Below, in pieces: positions 29,481 to 38,101 of a DNA stretch of 64,000 nt (its first letter is position 1; every line of letters starts with the position of its first letter). The notes beneath the pieces were generated by a model. It made no database searches. It was not told the origin of the DNA and worked only from the letters and a program-made list of their open reading frames with translations. The stretch is taken from assembly GCA_903936705.1 (NCBI GenBank), contig CAIZWN010000068.1, positions 105,680-169,679 of the forward strand, given 5' to 3'. Source of the DNA: an uncultured Myxococcales bacterium (GTDB lineage: Bacteria > Myxococcota_A > UBA9042 > DTJE01). The translations under genes were made by a program, and so were the position numbers.

Positions 29481-30674
29481 TCAGTGTGGGTAATCCTGGA
29501 TTTGCACGGACGTGGACTCGACCCTGTCACGCCCGCGCTTCTTGGCCAGGTACAAGACCCCGTCGGCCGCGAGGTAGGTTTGCTCGAGCGAGGCCATCGT
29601 ACCTGGTGCCACGACAGCCACACCGAAACTGGCCGTGACTCGAATCGCTTTCCCGTTGCTTAGAACCTGCGCTTGGCCAAGATTTTCGCGCAGGCGGTTC
29701 ACCAGCGCAATTGCGGCAACCTCGTTGGTTTGGGGCAGCAGCAACATGAATTCGTCGCCGCCAAAGCGGGAAACGACGTCTGACTTGCGCAAGCCGTCCA
29801 GCAGGACATGGGCAACGTTCTGCAGCACATCGTCACCAACCGGGTGCCCGTAGGTATCGTTGATCTCCTTGAAGCGATCCAGATCCACAAGGACGAGGAC
29901 GGTTACAGAATCATGTCTGGCGGCGCGAATCAATTCCCTGCGAGCCAGGCGCGAGAACTCGCGTCGGTTGAAGAGGCCTGTCAACGGATCGTTTTGTGCC
30001 AGCGCCTCAAGCTGAGCCTGCTTCAGTTCCAGAGACTCGCGATTGAGGTGCAGCGCCCGTTGCAGCAGCAGGTTGGTCGTGTGATTGTGCCACAGCAGGA
30101 TGGCAAGAAAGATTGCGATGATCGTGGCAGCAAACATGTTGCCCTGGTTGCTTAGGACGATAGCGTCAACGGGCTGGGTCATGGTCATCCCGACGCACCC
30201 GATCACAAGAAGACAAGAGAACAGAACGATGGCATGCTGCGGTCGTATCAGAAATATGGAGCTGATTGCCGTGGTGCCGATCACGAATGGCGTGATGCTG
30301 GGGGTCGTCCACTGGTCGATGACGGCCAGCGAAACGGCAAGAAGTGCCATACCCGTGATGCCGGTCGCCACAAGGACTTGATCCTGCAGCCGACGTTGGG
30401 GTCGGTGAAGAGACCGGTGTGCCAGCAGTGCCAGTAACGCGCACAGCACGCCCGATGCCATATGGACGAATAGAACGCCATCGCGCCAGCTTGCTTGCTG
30501 AGGATCGAGTGTCGCCTCGCTGAGGTCGAACCAGAGCATCTGGACGACGTTGATCAACAATACGGCTAAAGAGGCTGCTCGAAGTCGGCCCAGGTTTTCA
30601 CGGGCGCAATCCCCCGCCGCGAATGCTTCCTCGTTGACAAGGTTCCGCAAATGCATGCGGGCGCGCGGCAGCAA
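29481..30674 (-). CDS. Membrane diguanylate cyclase (about 6 TM + GGDEF)
   Basis: DPLTGLFNRR, DLDRFK, RKSD I-site, RFGGDEF. Confidence 0.92.
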   Translation of the reverse strand: MLPRARMHLRNLVNEEAFAAGDCARENLGRLRAASLAVLLINVVQMLWFDLSEATLDPQQASWRDGVLFVHMASGVLCALLALLAHRSLHRPQRRLQDQVLVATGITGMALLAVSLAVIDQWTTPSITPFVIGTTAISSIFLIRPQHAIVLFSCLLVIGCVGMTMTQPVDAIVLSNQGNMFAATIIAIFLAILLWHNHTTNLLLQRALHLNRESLELKQAQLEALAQNDPLTGLFNRREFSRLARRELIRAARHDSVTVLVLVDLDRFKEINDTYGHPVGDDVLQNVAHVLLDGLRKSDVVSRFGGDEFMLLLPQTNEVAAIALVNRLRENLGQAQVLSNGKAIRVTASFGVAVVAPGTMASLEQTYLAADGVLYLAKKRGRDRVESTSVQIQDYPH

Positions 30675-30898
30675 CGGCAGTCTTGCAGTGGTAACCGTGT
30701 CGTCAAGTGTTCCGATTATTCAATCTCCTGATGCAAAGATTTTGCAGGTAATGGTCGATGCGGGTCAACTGTGCAAGCTAAATGCTTGTGCCGGTTTGGG
30801 CTTATTGCTTGCTTATCGGTTGATCGCGCGCGGGTCGTGGGGTTGGCACCGGTCGGTGGTCCGGCCTAGGATCTTGTTCGTGGCGCGTGTGACGGGGA

Positions 30899-33328
30899 AT
30901 GGGACTCATGGGATCCAGGTGTGCACCGGCATTGTGCGCGATTGCCGCGATTGTCCTGGCGTCGTCCGTTGCCGGCGCGGCGGAGTACCCCGATCTGTGT
31001 GTTGGTCCCGGCGCTCCGTCGGCATCGAGTTGCCCCGATGGACTGATATTCGAAGGTTGCTGCGACGCAAGGGGGCGGGTTGTCTGGTGCGAATCGGGCC
31101 TGCTGTACTGTTCGGACTGTGCGGGCCAGCCGTCCGCGGTTCGGGAATGCGGCTGGCTGTTGTACGACAATCGCGGTCGTCCGGCTGACTACTATGCCTG
31201 TGGAGGCAAGGGCGACGACCCGACGGGCGTCCATGTTCGGGAATGTTCCCTGCCGCCGCTGCCGGACGTCAATCCCGAGCCCGCGCCCGAATTGCAGCCC
31301 GAGCCGGCTCCTGACGTTTCGGAACCTTCCCCGGACGTGATCGGACCGATACCCGATGTTCCGGAACCGTTGCCAGAATTCGTCGAACCGGTGCCCGATG
31401 TCATCGAGGCTTCGTACGATGTCGCCGAGGTATCGTCTGACGTGGCCGAAGCATCGTCCGATGTCGCGGAGGCCTGGTCCGATGTGGCAGAGGCATCGTC
31501 CGACGTCGCCGATTCGAACCCCGAGATCGTCGAGCCGCACGCGGATGTCCCCACCCCACAGGATCCTGGGCCGGACGTGCCACCCGCCGACACCGACGAT
31601 GTGACGAACGGGGAGGCGTCCCCCGATGGCGCACTTCCGTCAGATTCGGGGGAGATCGATTTCCAGGAAACCGATGCAACCGATGAAACCTCCGATACCG
31701 ATACCGATGCCGTGCCCGACGAGACCCAGGATAGGGGGCGGTTGCAGGGAGGCATGACCTGTGCGGCCGGCGGCATCCGTGGCGCCCCCGACGTGTCCGG
31801 GCTGCTGGCGATTAGTGGCGGGCTTCTGTTGCTGATGCTGTGTCTGGGGTCGATGCGGTCCGGTGATCGAGGCGGTCGGGGTCGGCGGTTCAGGTTGCCC
31901 ATGGGAACGGCAGGCATTCTGCTGGTCCTGGTCGTCCTGGGAATCCTGTTCCTGCCGTCCCGAACGTGGGCCGAGGATCGCGTCGAGGACCTGTCGGGCC
32001 GGCGCTACAGCCTGCGATCTGGATCGCTGGGCATCCTGGGCACCGACACCGGCCGGACTTTGGCGTTTCTGCAATACGAGGCCGGATTGGTTCTGGGATA
32101 CGCATCCCGATCGATCGTCGAAACCAGGGACAAGAAGGTTGTTCGCACCTGGCTAGGGCCGCGGTTCGAAGGCGAACTGTGGGGTGCCGTCGGTGTGTTC
32201 CCGCGGATCGACATAGGGTTGTCATTGCCTATCACCTGGTGGCAGGACGGAACCCGGTCCGATGGTTCAAGGGCGTCCCGGACAGGCATCGGCGACCTGT
32301 CGATCGTCCCGCGTTTTACGCTGATGGACGAAGCGAAGGGCGCCGAGGCGACCCTGGGCCTGGTCGTCGAGATTGTCGCGCCCACGGGCCGACGTGGCAC
32401 CTATATGTCGCTGGGGACTTTTCAGACGGTCGGCAAGTTGGCGATGTCCAAAAGCCTGTCGGGCATCACGATGGGATTGGACCTCTGGTACCGCTGGGTC
32501 CTGAGGGCGGTAAATGCCTGGAACGTGAAGGACGCCGACCAGTTGGGCGCCTCGTTTGCCCTGCAGTACGAATTTCCCTGGCTGCCATTGCAGCTTGCGG
32601 CCGAGGTGAATCTGGCGGTCCCGTCGACGCGCCCGTTTTTCCGCAAGGAAGAAATCGCATCCGAGGCACTTGGGGGCGTGGCGTATCGCATCGGTCCCTG
32701 GCGGGTTCGCGTGGCTGGCGGTGGCGGTATCGCCCCGGGTTTCGGCGTGCCACGGGCGCGATTCCTGGCGTCCGTCGATTACACATCGCCCGTCCCGGTA
32801 AAGAAGAAGGTGGAAACACCTGCGACACCGCAGCCTGTGACGCAAGTCCAGCCCGAACCTGTGCCGGTGGCGGTCGAGCCTGCGGTGGTGAAGCCCGAGG
32901 TTACCGAGCCCACGCCTGAGGCACCCCCTGCCGCTCCCGAGCCTCCGGTTCCTGCGGCGCAGCCGGCTTTACCCAAAACCGAGTTGCCGGAGTCGGTCAA
33001 CCTCCTGTTCGGCGCCGGTGAATTCCGCGTCAGTGAACGGTATGCGGACGTCCTTGACCGCGTGGCACAGCAGGTTCGCCAGGACAACCGAATCGTTGGG
33101 GTCATGATCGAGGGGCACACGTCAATACCAGGATCCGCTGATCACAATCTGCGGCTGTCGGGGCGGCGGGCCGAGAGTGTGCGCCGCGCCCTTGTGGATC
33201 GTGGCGTGCCGGTGCGCAAGGTGCATACTCGCGGCCTGGGCGCGACAATGCCCGTGGCCTCAGGACTGACTCCCGAGGCGAATGCCCAGAACCGTCGGGT
33301 TCAAATCGTGTTCCAAGTCGGAGATTGA
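30899..33328 (+). CDS. OmpA-family protein: Cys-rich N-domain, acidic repeats, internal MYXO-CTERM-like segment, beta-barrel, OmpA C-domain
   Basis: Signal peptide; GGMTCAAG + TM + RR; amphipathic strands ending GFGVPRARFLASVDY; IEGHT, NLRLSGRRAESV, NRRVQI. Confidence 0.85.
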   Translation: MGLMGSRCAPALCAIAAIVLASSVAGAAEYPDLCVGPGAPSASSCPDGLIFEGCCDARGRVVWCESGLLYCSDCAGQPSAVRECGWLLYDNRGRPADYYACGGKGDDPTGVHVRECSLPPLPDVNPEPAPELQPEPAPDVSEPSPDVIGPIPDVPEPLPEFVEPVPDVIEASYDVAEVSSDVAEASSDVAEAWSDVAEASSDVADSNPEIVEPHADVPTPQDPGPDVPPADTDDVTNGEASPDGALPSDSGEIDFQETDATDETSDTDTDAVPDETQDRGRLQGGMTCAAGGIRGAPDVSGLLAISGGLLLLMLCLGSMRSGDRGGRGRRFRLPMGTAGILLVLVVLGILFLPSRTWAEDRVEDLSGRRYSLRSGSLGILGTDTGRTLAFLQYEAGLVLGYASRSIVETRDKKVVRTWLGPRFEGELWGAVGVFPRIDIGLSLPITWWQDGTRSDGSRASRTGIGDLSIVPRFTLMDEAKGAEATLGLVVEIVAPTGRRGTYMSLGTFQTVGKLAMSKSLSGITMGLDLWYRWVLRAVNAWNVKDADQLGASFALQYEFPWLPLQLAAEVNLAVPSTRPFFRKEEIASEALGGVAYRIGPWRVRVAGGGGIAPGFGVPRARFLASVDYTSPVPVKKKVETPATPQPVTQVQPEPVPVAVEPAVVKPEVTEPTPEAPPAAPEPPVPAAQPALPKTELPESVNLLFGAGEFRVSERYADVLDRVAQQVRQDNRIVGVMIEGHTSIPGSADHNLRLSGRRAESVRRALVDRGVPVRKVHTRGLGATMPVASGLTPEANAQNRRVQIVFQVGD
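31397..31513 (+). repeat. Degenerate 21-bp tandem repeat, about 5.5 copies (DVAEASS)
   Basis: DVIEASY/DVAEVSS/DVAEASS/DVAEAWS/DVAEASS/DVAD. Confidence 0.9.
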
Positions 33329-33404
33329 ATAGCGCTTCCCAAAACCTGCGTGGCGACGAGTCGAGACACTGATGGAAGATCCGCGGCGCGCGTGCAATTG
33401 GATG

Positions 33405-34673
33405 TCAGCAGAAACCCTTGAAGTAGTCCTCGTTCTGCATGACGGGCTGCATCCAGTCAGCGACACGTAGATCGGCAACTGTCGAACCGACCATGCCGAT
33501 ATCGTCCATCTCACCCAGTTCCAGGAACCGCGCCATCTGGAGTGCCTTGATGTCCGCGGCTGGGATGTTGATGATGGCCGCGACCGTAGTATCGATTGCA
33601 ACAAGGTCGTTCCCGGCCAGCGCGAAATACCGTCCCGCCGTGTTGCGGTTCTTCATGTGAATGGTACGGCCGTCGTTGACCGGCGCCATATGCGGGCCGC
33701 TGCCCTCCAGGCAGATGGAACCGTCGACGATTGCGAAGTCTTTGTAACCGTTGTCCTTGCGCCACTTCACCATGTCGATGAAGGACCCGGAAACCCCGGC
33801 GTCATCGATGCCGTGGCAGGCCATCTTGTCGTAGGCCACGTGCAATCCGCACCTGGAAATACCGTTGCCGTGCAGGTTGATCGAGGCGGCCCCAAAAAAG
33901 TTCTTCATGGAGGCGGACATGCGTGCCCACTGGTGCGTCTTGATTACCGGCATGGATATGATGTGGTCGGCCAGGGCAAAAGCCTTCCCGATCGAGATGC
34001 CGTCCTTGACCAGATCGCTGGTCGAGGCAGACGGGATGACCTGCCATTCGTTCGTGGCATTCAGGCAGATCAGTTCGACCCGCCCGGCACCGTAAACCGA
34101 CAGCAGACGGTCCACATCGGCCTTCAGGTTCGTTGCGCCTTCGATGGAATTGCCGTCGACGAAGGTCACGGTGTCCCACTCCCAGGACTCGGTCTGCGAA
34201 CCTTCGCCGATGATCACTTTCGCCGCTCCGGCTTTCAGGCACTGCTCGGCGACGCCAAGGACCAGTTCGGGCTTGGTGACTTCGCCGGTGTTGGGGTTGA
34301 AGCCAACGCCAAACGGCTCCATGCCGAGGGCTACAAAATTCGGCTTGATGAAGACAGTCTTGTTCGCCAGCGCCGTGCCGGTAAAGCCCAGGGCTTCCGC
34401 TGCCTGCATGCCCATGCCGTGGAGTTCCGTAAGGGAGGAACCCAGGACTGCGAACACGGTAGCGGCATGGACCACGGGTACGTCCGCCGGTACTTCAGCT
34501 GGGACGTCAACCAGGACATCAGCCGGGACGTCAGCCGGCACATCTGCCCCCGGAAGGTCCCCGCCGTCCTTAACCCCGGAGTCACACCCCAGGTTCAGCA
34601 GGGCAGGGGTCGCCAGGGCCGCTGCCATGCCCGCTACACCACGTTTCAGAAGATCGCGCCGACTGATGGACAT
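33405..34673 (-). CDS. DUF362-domain protein, Tat-exported lipoprotein
   Basis: MSISRRDLLK (Tat), LNLG-C lipobox, FIKPNF, IGEGS, MPVIKTH..SMKNFFG, VDG..LEGSGP, DLVAID; GGAGG RBS. Confidence 0.88.
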   Translation of the reverse strand: MSISRRDLLKRGVAGMAAALATPALLNLGCDSGVKDGGDLPGADVPADVPADVLVDVPAEVPADVPVVHAATVFAVLGSSLTELHGMGMQAAEALGFTGTALANKTVFIKPNFVALGMEPFGVGFNPNTGEVTKPELVLGVAEQCLKAGAAKVIIGEGSQTESWEWDTVTFVDGNSIEGATNLKADVDRLLSVYGAGRVELICLNATNEWQVIPSASTSDLVKDGISIGKAFALADHIISMPVIKTHQWARMSASMKNFFGAASINLHGNGISRCGLHVAYDKMACHGIDDAGVSGSFIDMVKWRKDNGYKDFAIVDGSICLEGSGPHMAPVNDGRTIHMKNRNTAGRYFALAGNDLVAIDTTVAAIINIPAADIKALQMARFLELGEMDDIGMVGSTVADLRVADWMQPVMQNEDYFKGFC

Positions 34674-34716
34674 CGTAATCGCCTCCGCATATGGAAAATC
34701 AGCATCAACCTCGATT

Positions 34717-35139
34717 TCAGGGCACGTGGCAGGACTTGCAGGAAAGGGGATCCGGGAAGCCTTCGCTGCTGTGCGGGGTGTGGCATCCCGAGCAGGGTGG
34801 GGTGCCGCTGTGGCCGGCAGGGGCCCCGTTCTTGCCGTGGCATCCGATGCAAAGGTACGGGTCCTTGCCGTCGTTATGGTCGTCGGCAGTGTGGCAGTCC
34901 CAGCATTTTGGGTTGCCCCAACCAGAGTGTGTGTTTTCAAGAATCAGTTTCGTCGCGCCAGTGACTGTATCGACGCCCAGTTCCCTGGCGACGTCCGGCG
35001 CAACGCCTGGATCGACGAGGGTGTCGTTGTCGGCGATGACATCCACGGGAGTCGTTTGATCGGTCCCGGTCGTGCTGGCAGAGTCGCAGCTCAACCCAAG
35101 GGTTACCACCAGCAACAGTGCCCACAGTGGTCGGCGCAT
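34717..35139 (-). CDS. Small tetraheme cytochrome c lipoprotein with an ApbE flavinylation motif
   Basis: Lipobox LGLS-C; DTVTGAT; CWDCH, CIGCH, CSGCH, CKSCH; AGGAGA RBS. Confidence 0.88.
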   Translation of the reverse strand: MRRPLWALLLVVTLGLSCDSASTTGTDQTTPVDVIADNDTLVDPGVAPDVARELGVDTVTGATKLILENTHSGWGNPKCWDCHTADDHNDGKDPYLCIGCHGKNGAPAGHSGTPPCSGCHTPHSSEGFPDPLSCKSCHVP

Positions 35140-35262
35140 TGGTGTCTCCTGGAAGGAGGGCAACTCGATTCCCGAGACAGAGTTTCTGGACACACCCATC
35201 ATTCGTCAAGTACTTTTTAAACTGATTGGTCTAAAATCCGTCAGGGTTCGAATGGAGGCGAC

Positions 35263-36954
35263 ATGCGAAAGACACCAGATGGCTCCCTTGGAAATGTTTC
35301 AAAGTCCACCACCCGCCGCGGTTTCCTGCAGAAATCCGCCATTGGTGCCCTTGCGATCGTCGGGACGCGGGCGCTGGCCGGCTGCGATGGCGGGACGTCC
35401 GTGACCGGCGACCTGCCCGGCGACACGACGGGCGATACACCTGGCCAGATCACGTGGTCTTTCGATCGCGAGGCTGACGTCGTAGTCATCGGGTCCGGGA
35501 CGGGCCTGGTCGCCGCTCTGGTGGCCGCGGTGAAGGGCGCCAAGGTTCTTGTGCTGGAGAAGTCGGCTGCTACCGGCGGTTCGACGCGCCTGTCTGGTGG
35601 TGTTGCGTGGATCCCGAACAACCCGGTCATGAAGGAGGCCGGGATCGAGGACAATCGCGCCGATGCTTTGGCCTACGTGCGCAAGATGTCCAAGGGGCAA
35701 TCCGAGGACGCCCTCCTGGAAGCCTTTGTCGACAAGGGGCCGGAAATGGTGGCCTTTGTAGGGTCGCAGACGGACATCGGTTGGCAGGTCACTCCGCTGC
35801 TGGGCGACTATCACACCGATTGGCCAGGGGCACGCTTCTCTGGGCGCAGCATCGGCCCGACCGAGGGTGATGCTTTCAACCAGGGCCCGATCCTCATCGA
35901 CAGGCTGGAATCGGCGATGAAGGCTGCGGGAGGGGAAGTTCTGCTGAACGCACCTGCGAAAAAATTCATTACACGGACGACTCCGGCCGGAGGCCTCGAA
36001 ATCGTCGGCGTCGAGGCCGAGGTCGATGGGGCACGGATTCGCATCCGGGCGAACCAGGGCGTGGTGCTTGCGGCTGGCGGCCTCGACTGGGACTTCGAAC
36101 GGAAGCGTCATTTTCTGCGTGGGCCGACCGAGTACACACTCGGGCACCCAGGCAACACAGGCGACGGCCTGCGTATGGCCATGGCCGTTGGCGCGGACCT
36201 GCGTAACATGAACGAGTGTTGGGGTGGTGTCGTGTTTGCCGCTGAAACCGCCGCCGCCATGGCCGAGGGCAAACCAGCCAACATCAATGCCATGGCTCAC
36301 CGTCGCATGCCGGGGTGCATCACCGTGAACCGGTATGGCGAGCGTTTTTGCGACGAGGCCAGTCCCTACGACCCGGCCTGGTTGTCCTTCTTCCGCTGGG
36401 AGAACTGGGGTGACCTTCGGGACCGGAACCTGCCGGCGTTCTTCATTTCCGACAAGAAGATGCGACCCGACACGACTGTAGGCGTGCAGAAGGCGGATAC
36501 GTTGCGCGAACTGGCCGGCCTTTTAAGTATTGACCCGGATGGGCTGGAAGCCACGGTCGCGGCATTCAACCTGGCCGCATTGCAGGGCAAGGACCCGATC
36601 TATCATCGCGGCGAAAGCGCGTATGAAATGGGCTACGGCCCGACCCTGGCGCCGATCGAAAAGGCCCCCTTCTACGGTGTCGAGTGTGCTCCTGCGGATC
36701 TGGGTACCTGTGGCGGCGCTCGTGTCAACGTCAACGCCCAGGTTCTGGACACCGATGGCCTGGTGATCCAGCGTCTGTACGCGGCCGGGAACAGTTCTGG
36801 TGTCGGCGGACCAGGTGCCGGCTATGGTGGCGGTGGCGGTACCATAGGTCCCGCGATGACGTTCGCGTACATTGCCGGAGGCGTGGTTGCCGACCAGGAT
36901 CGCCTGGTTCTTGAGGGTGACGGCGCCAGCCCCGTGGACGGTGCCGCAGGCTAG
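35263..36954 (+). CDS. Tat-lipoprotein FAD-binding oxidoreductase (FAD_binding_2; KstD/flavocytochrome c flavin subunit family)
   Basis: TRRGFLQ, LAG-C, DVVVIGSG, GGSTRLSGGVAWIPNN, NTGDG, GERFCDE, DLGTCGG, LYAAGN, GGTIGPAMTF. Confidence 0.9.
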   Translation: MRKTPDGSLGNVSKSTTRRGFLQKSAIGALAIVGTRALAGCDGGTSVTGDLPGDTTGDTPGQITWSFDREADVVVIGSGTGLVAALVAAVKGAKVLVLEKSAATGGSTRLSGGVAWIPNNPVMKEAGIEDNRADALAYVRKMSKGQSEDALLEAFVDKGPEMVAFVGSQTDIGWQVTPLLGDYHTDWPGARFSGRSIGPTEGDAFNQGPILIDRLESAMKAAGGEVLLNAPAKKFITRTTPAGGLEIVGVEAEVDGARIRIRANQGVVLAAGGLDWDFERKRHFLRGPTEYTLGHPGNTGDGLRMAMAVGADLRNMNECWGGVVFAAETAAAMAEGKPANINAMAHRRMPGCITVNRYGERFCDEASPYDPAWLSFFRWENWGDLRDRNLPAFFISDKKMRPDTTVGVQKADTLRELAGLLSIDPDGLEATVAAFNLAALQGKDPIYHRGESAYEMGYGPTLAPIEKAPFYGVECAPADLGTCGGARVNVNAQVLDTDGLVIQRLYAAGNSSGVGGPGAGYGGGGGTIGPAMTFAYIAGGVVADQDRLVLEGDGASPVDGAAG

Positions 36955-38069
36955 GGCCCGGTCGACCTTTTGCCTTCCGATTCACGATGCAAATCAGGAC
37001 CGTGCGAATAAAGCTGGGCCATCCTTCGGGACACACGCTGGACCATCACGCCGTCTTCCCCGCGTAACAGCAGCAGCACGCCGGCTCCCGGCAGGGACTC
37101 GATCAGGGCAAGCCCCTCGTCCGGCGGCAGGACTGCCAGCGCGGTTGCCAAGGCGTCAGCCGTAGCATTGGGCCAGTCACCTCCCTCGATGACGACGGTC
37201 ACCCCCATAAGGCGGGTGTCGACGGGCTGGCCAGTACGCGGGTCGAAGATGTGATAGTAGTCCCGTCCCGCGATGCGCACCGGCTGTTCATAGTTCCCAG
37301 ACGTCGAAATCGCGATGCGCGTGGCGGCAGTCACGACCCCCAGCATGCCCGTCGCGGACCGCGGATCTCGCACCCCTACGCGCCACGGGAGCCTTTCGGG
37401 GGATGTCCCGAAGGCGCGGACCTCGCCGCCAACCTGGATCAGGCCCGACAGGGCGCCCCGCGACTCCAGGAGTTCGGCGGCCCGATCTACCGCGAAGCCC
37501 TTTACGATGCCTCCAAAGTCCAGCGATACCGGTGGATCCAGGGGTTGGATCGTTCCTTCTTGATCCTGGACCAGCCGCTGCATACCAACGCGGGCCAACG
37601 CCAAGGCCAGGTCGTCCGGAGGCGGCGGAACCCCGTCGCGGACCGCTCGCTTCCACAGTTCCTTCAACGGCCAGACTGTCACGTCGAAGGCCCCAGAGGT
37701 CCTGTTCCATGCCTCCCTGGACAATCGAATCAGCAGGGTCAAAAGAGGCGACGGAGCGAACGTTCGTCGTCCGTTCTCGCGGTTGAAAAGGCCGACCTCC
37801 GAGGTCGGGTCGAACGGGTTGCACGTGCTACCGGTGCGACGAATCTCGTTAAAAGCATCGTCCATCAAGGCTGCACCTTCGGCGGCGCGGTCCGGGGGCA
37901 TTGCGAAACGCAGGCGCGCCGGGATACCTACCCACAGATTTTCCGAGCGATCAGACCACGCCAATGCAGGGGCAGCGGGCTCTTGGACAAGCCTGTAGAC
38001 GATGAACAACAGTGCCAGTCCACAAAGAATTGCGACGACCAAAATGGCCACGCGCTTGCCTGATTGCAT
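36951..38069 (-). CDS. apbE: FAD:protein FMN transferase ApbE
   Basis: SEVGLFN, GAFDVTV, LDFGGIVKGFAVD, GGEV, WRVGVRDP, STSGNYE, HIFDPRTG, ADALATA; N-terminal TM. Confidence 0.93.
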   Translation of the reverse strand: MQSGKRVAILVVAILCGLALLFIVYRLVQEPAAPALAWSDRSENLWVGIPARLRFAMPPDRAAEGAALMDDAFNEIRRTGSTCNPFDPTSEVGLFNRENGRRTFAPSPLLTLLIRLSREAWNRTSGAFDVTVWPLKELWKRAVRDGVPPPPDDLALALARVGMQRLVQDQEGTIQPLDPPVSLDFGGIVKGFAVDRAAELLESRGALSGLIQVGGEVRAFGTSPERLPWRVGVRDPRSATGMLGVVTAATRIAISTSGNYEQPVRIAGRDYYHIFDPRTGQPVDTRLMGVTVVIEGGDWPNATADALATALAVLPPDEGLALIESLPGAGVLLLLRGEDGVMVQRVSRRMAQLYSHGPDLHRESEGKRSTGP

Positions 38070-38101
38070 CGGTACCTCGTTATCGCCCGGTGGGTTCCGG
38101 G

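Noticed and set aside
30675-30898. c-di-GMP riboswitch near the GGDEF/OmpA divergent region
   Set aside because: The GGCAAA...GAAA...GGGACGCAAAG-type core could not be found by eye; Infernal would be decisive.
31397-31513. 21-bp repeats (and the 12-bp repeats at 6103) as a CRISPR array
   Set aside because: In-frame coding tandem repeats with no spacers and no cas genes.
34129-34146. SIEGAT in DUF362 as a second flavinylation site
   Set aside because: Glu replaces the required Ser/Thr before GA, so it does not match [ST]GA[ST].
34674-34940. Open-frame extension of DUF362 overlapping the cytochrome (possible frameshift fusion)
   Set aside because: DUF362 has its own GGAGG RBS and Tat signal at 34673, the extension is low-complexity off-frame sequence, and I saw no slippery site.
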